A DNA stretch of 16,018 bases, taken from contig JARRQT010000042.1 in the NCBI GenBank assembly GCA_037381445.1, forward strand, positions 1-16,018. Direction: 5' to 3'. This document shows positions 14,447-16,018 of the stretch, piece after piece; position 1 is the stretch's first letter, and each line of letters begins with the position of its first letter. The translations under genes were made by a program, and so were the position numbers. This DNA comes from Calditrichia bacterium (lineage in GTDB: Bacteria > Calditrichota > Calditrichia > RBG-13-44-9). Under the pieces are notes generated by a model. That model searched no databases, was not told the origin of the DNA, and saw only the letters and a program-made list of their open reading frames with translations.

Positions 14447-16018
14447 ATGGAAAAAATTGAACAGTATCGGGCAGTTATGCCGGAGGAAAAGTTTTGGCTC
14501 GATAACGTTTATCAGGGTGACACACTCTCCGAACTAACGTATAAGGTCTTCGCAGTCGGTACCGTTCTCAGTCTGCTGCTCATTTCGTCAAATATCTATA
14601 TGGGACTAAAAACAGGTATTACAATGGGGGGATCGCTTATCGGCGCTTTGCTCGCTTTCGTTATGGTTAAGGCATTCAGGGGCAGTTTTTCTATTCTGGA
14701 GAATAATAATGCGCAGACCATGGCGTCGGCATCAGCCAGTCTTGGAATTATGGTCAGCACGATTCCCGCGCTTATCATGTTGGGTTATGAATTCTCGCGG
14801 TTCGAATTATTTATCTGGATTCTTTTCATCCATATCATGGGCGTATTGTTTACCATTCCTCTTAGGATGCAATTTGTAGTGATCGAAAAATTAACATTTC
14901 CCAGTGGAACAGCTTGTGCAGAAACCATTAGAGCAATGCACGCACACGTGGAAGATGCCGTGAAAAAAGCCAGGGTTCTTGGAATAACCGGTTTAATATC
15001 AGGGATCATTACCTGGTTTAGAGATGGTATTCCGGCAATTATTCCAATGATTTCAGGATTTCCCGGCAAAATATGGGGATATTCATTAGCAAGGTTAACA
15101 CTGGGAGTAAATTGGAGTCCAATGTTATTTGGGGTTGGATTTTTAGTAGGACCAAGAATTGGCACCAGTCTGCTTTTGGGAGCTATAATTGGATGGGGAA
15201 TTTTAGCTCCGTTTCTTGCCAATGCCCACATTATTGAGGGGATTGCCTATCCGCAGGTCCGAAATTGGACCATGTGGTCTGCCATTGCATTGATGGTTAC
15301 ATCTGCTATTCTGTCATTAATACTTAAGGCAGGTACGATTTTTAGAGCTTTCAGATCAATGAAGAGGAGCAAACTCGGTGATCTTAGGAAGATTGATATC
15401 AGTTTTAATATGTGGCTGGTCCTATTCTTGCTCACAGCTTCGATCATCGCTATCGTAATGCAGCTGCAATTCCACATTCCTGTTTGGTTAACAGTTTTGG
15501 CAATAATTTTTGCCTACATGTTTTCAATCGTTGCCGTGAGGACTTATGGTGAAACCGATATCAATCCGGTTGGAGCAATGGGATATGGAACTCAAATTAT
15601 TTATGGAGGACTTGCGCCTGGGAATATGATGACCAATGTAATGGCGGCAGGCATTACCGCATCCGGCGCAAATCAATCTGCAGATATGATGCAGGATTAT
15701 AAAACCGGTTATCTGCTCGGTGCCACACCAAAAAAACAAACCATCGCCCAACTGGCAGGTGTTTTCATCGGTTCTATCGCCGCGGTCCCCATTTTTTATG
15801 CAGTAATTGGTGCCTATGGATTAGCCAGCGACGTGTTGCCAGCACCAAGTGCCGTGACATGGGTAGGTATGGCAGAGTTCCTTTCTTCCGGATTTTCCGC
15901 GCTGCCGTCATACGCAGAATTAGGAATCTTATGCGGTATTCTACTGGGCATCATTTTGACAACGATGGAGAATTCAAAATATGCAAAAATTACACCTTCC
16001 CCTTTTGGGATTGGCATT
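14447..16018 (+). CDS. OPT/YSL-family oligopeptide transporter; 3' end runs off the window
   Basis: Translated by hand: ATG 14447, 17 nt after the kinase stop, open for 524 codons to the window end. Motifs ELTYK...SNIYMGLKTG, ILENNNAQTMASA, IPLRMQFVVIEKLTFPSGTACAE, GETDINP, ADMMQDYKTGYLLGATPKKQ, LPAPSA, plus many hydrophobic helices. Confidence 0.93.
   Translation, partial: MEKIEQYRAVMPEEKFWLDNVYQGDTLSELTYKVFAVGTVLSLLLISSNIYMGLKTGITMGGSLIGALLAFVMVKAFRGSFSILENNNAQTMASASASLGIMVSTIPALIMLGYEFSRFELFIWILFIHIMGVLFTIPLRMQFVVIEKLTFPSGTACAETIRAMHAHVEDAVKKARVLGITGLISGIITWFRDGIPAIIPMISGFPGKIWGYSLARLTLGVNWSPMLFGVGFLVGPRIGTSLLLGAIIGWGILAPFLANAHIIEGIAYPQVRNWTMWSAIALMVTSAILSLILKAGTIFRAFRSMKRSKLGDLRKIDISFNMWLVLFLLTASIIAIVMQLQFHIPVWLTVLAIIFAYMFSIVAVRTYGETDINPVGAMGYGTQIIYGGLAPGNMMTNVMAAGITASGANQSADMMQDYKTGYLLGATPKKQTIAQLAGVFIGSIAAVPIFYAVIGAYGLASDVLPAPSAVTWVGMAEFLSSGFSALPSYAELGILCGILLGIILTTMENSKYAKITPSPFGIGI

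Noticed and set aside
14596..16017. Five minus-strand ORFs listed in the track
   Set aside because: They are antisense shadows of the plus-strand OPT gene, which the track probably missed because its stop lies outside the window.

Overview
Bacterial genomic window, probably from an FCB-group organism such as Calditrichota, KSB1 or Ignavibacteriota. That assignment is inferred only from the FlgD-Ig/T9SS-type C-terminal domain. Two divergent gene blocks are separated by about 1 kb of AT-rich DNA. The minus-strand block encodes a GAF+PP2C (RsbU/SpoIIE-like) phosphatase, an RsbW-like kinase/anti-sigma, a STAS anti-anti-sigma, an ECF sigma factor and a membrane anti-sigma (partial, missing from the ORF track). 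The plus-strand block encodes a small secreted TIMP/NTR-like protein and a 1965-aa secreted mosaic protein (beta-propeller, beta-helix, matrixin-like metzincin, degenerate vWA, tandem G-[LMF]-YWQG repeats, beta-sandwiches, T9SS-type CTD). These are followed by a Ser/Thr kinase-STAND ATPase-TPR protein and an OPT oligopeptide transporter (partial, missing from the ORF track). The leading hypothesis (inference) is a self-contained peptide-signalling circuit: the protease releases its own repeated aromatic peptide, OPT imports it, the TPR kinase senses it, and the partner-switch/ECF block gives the output. No RNA genes, CRISPR arrays or mobile elements were seen.
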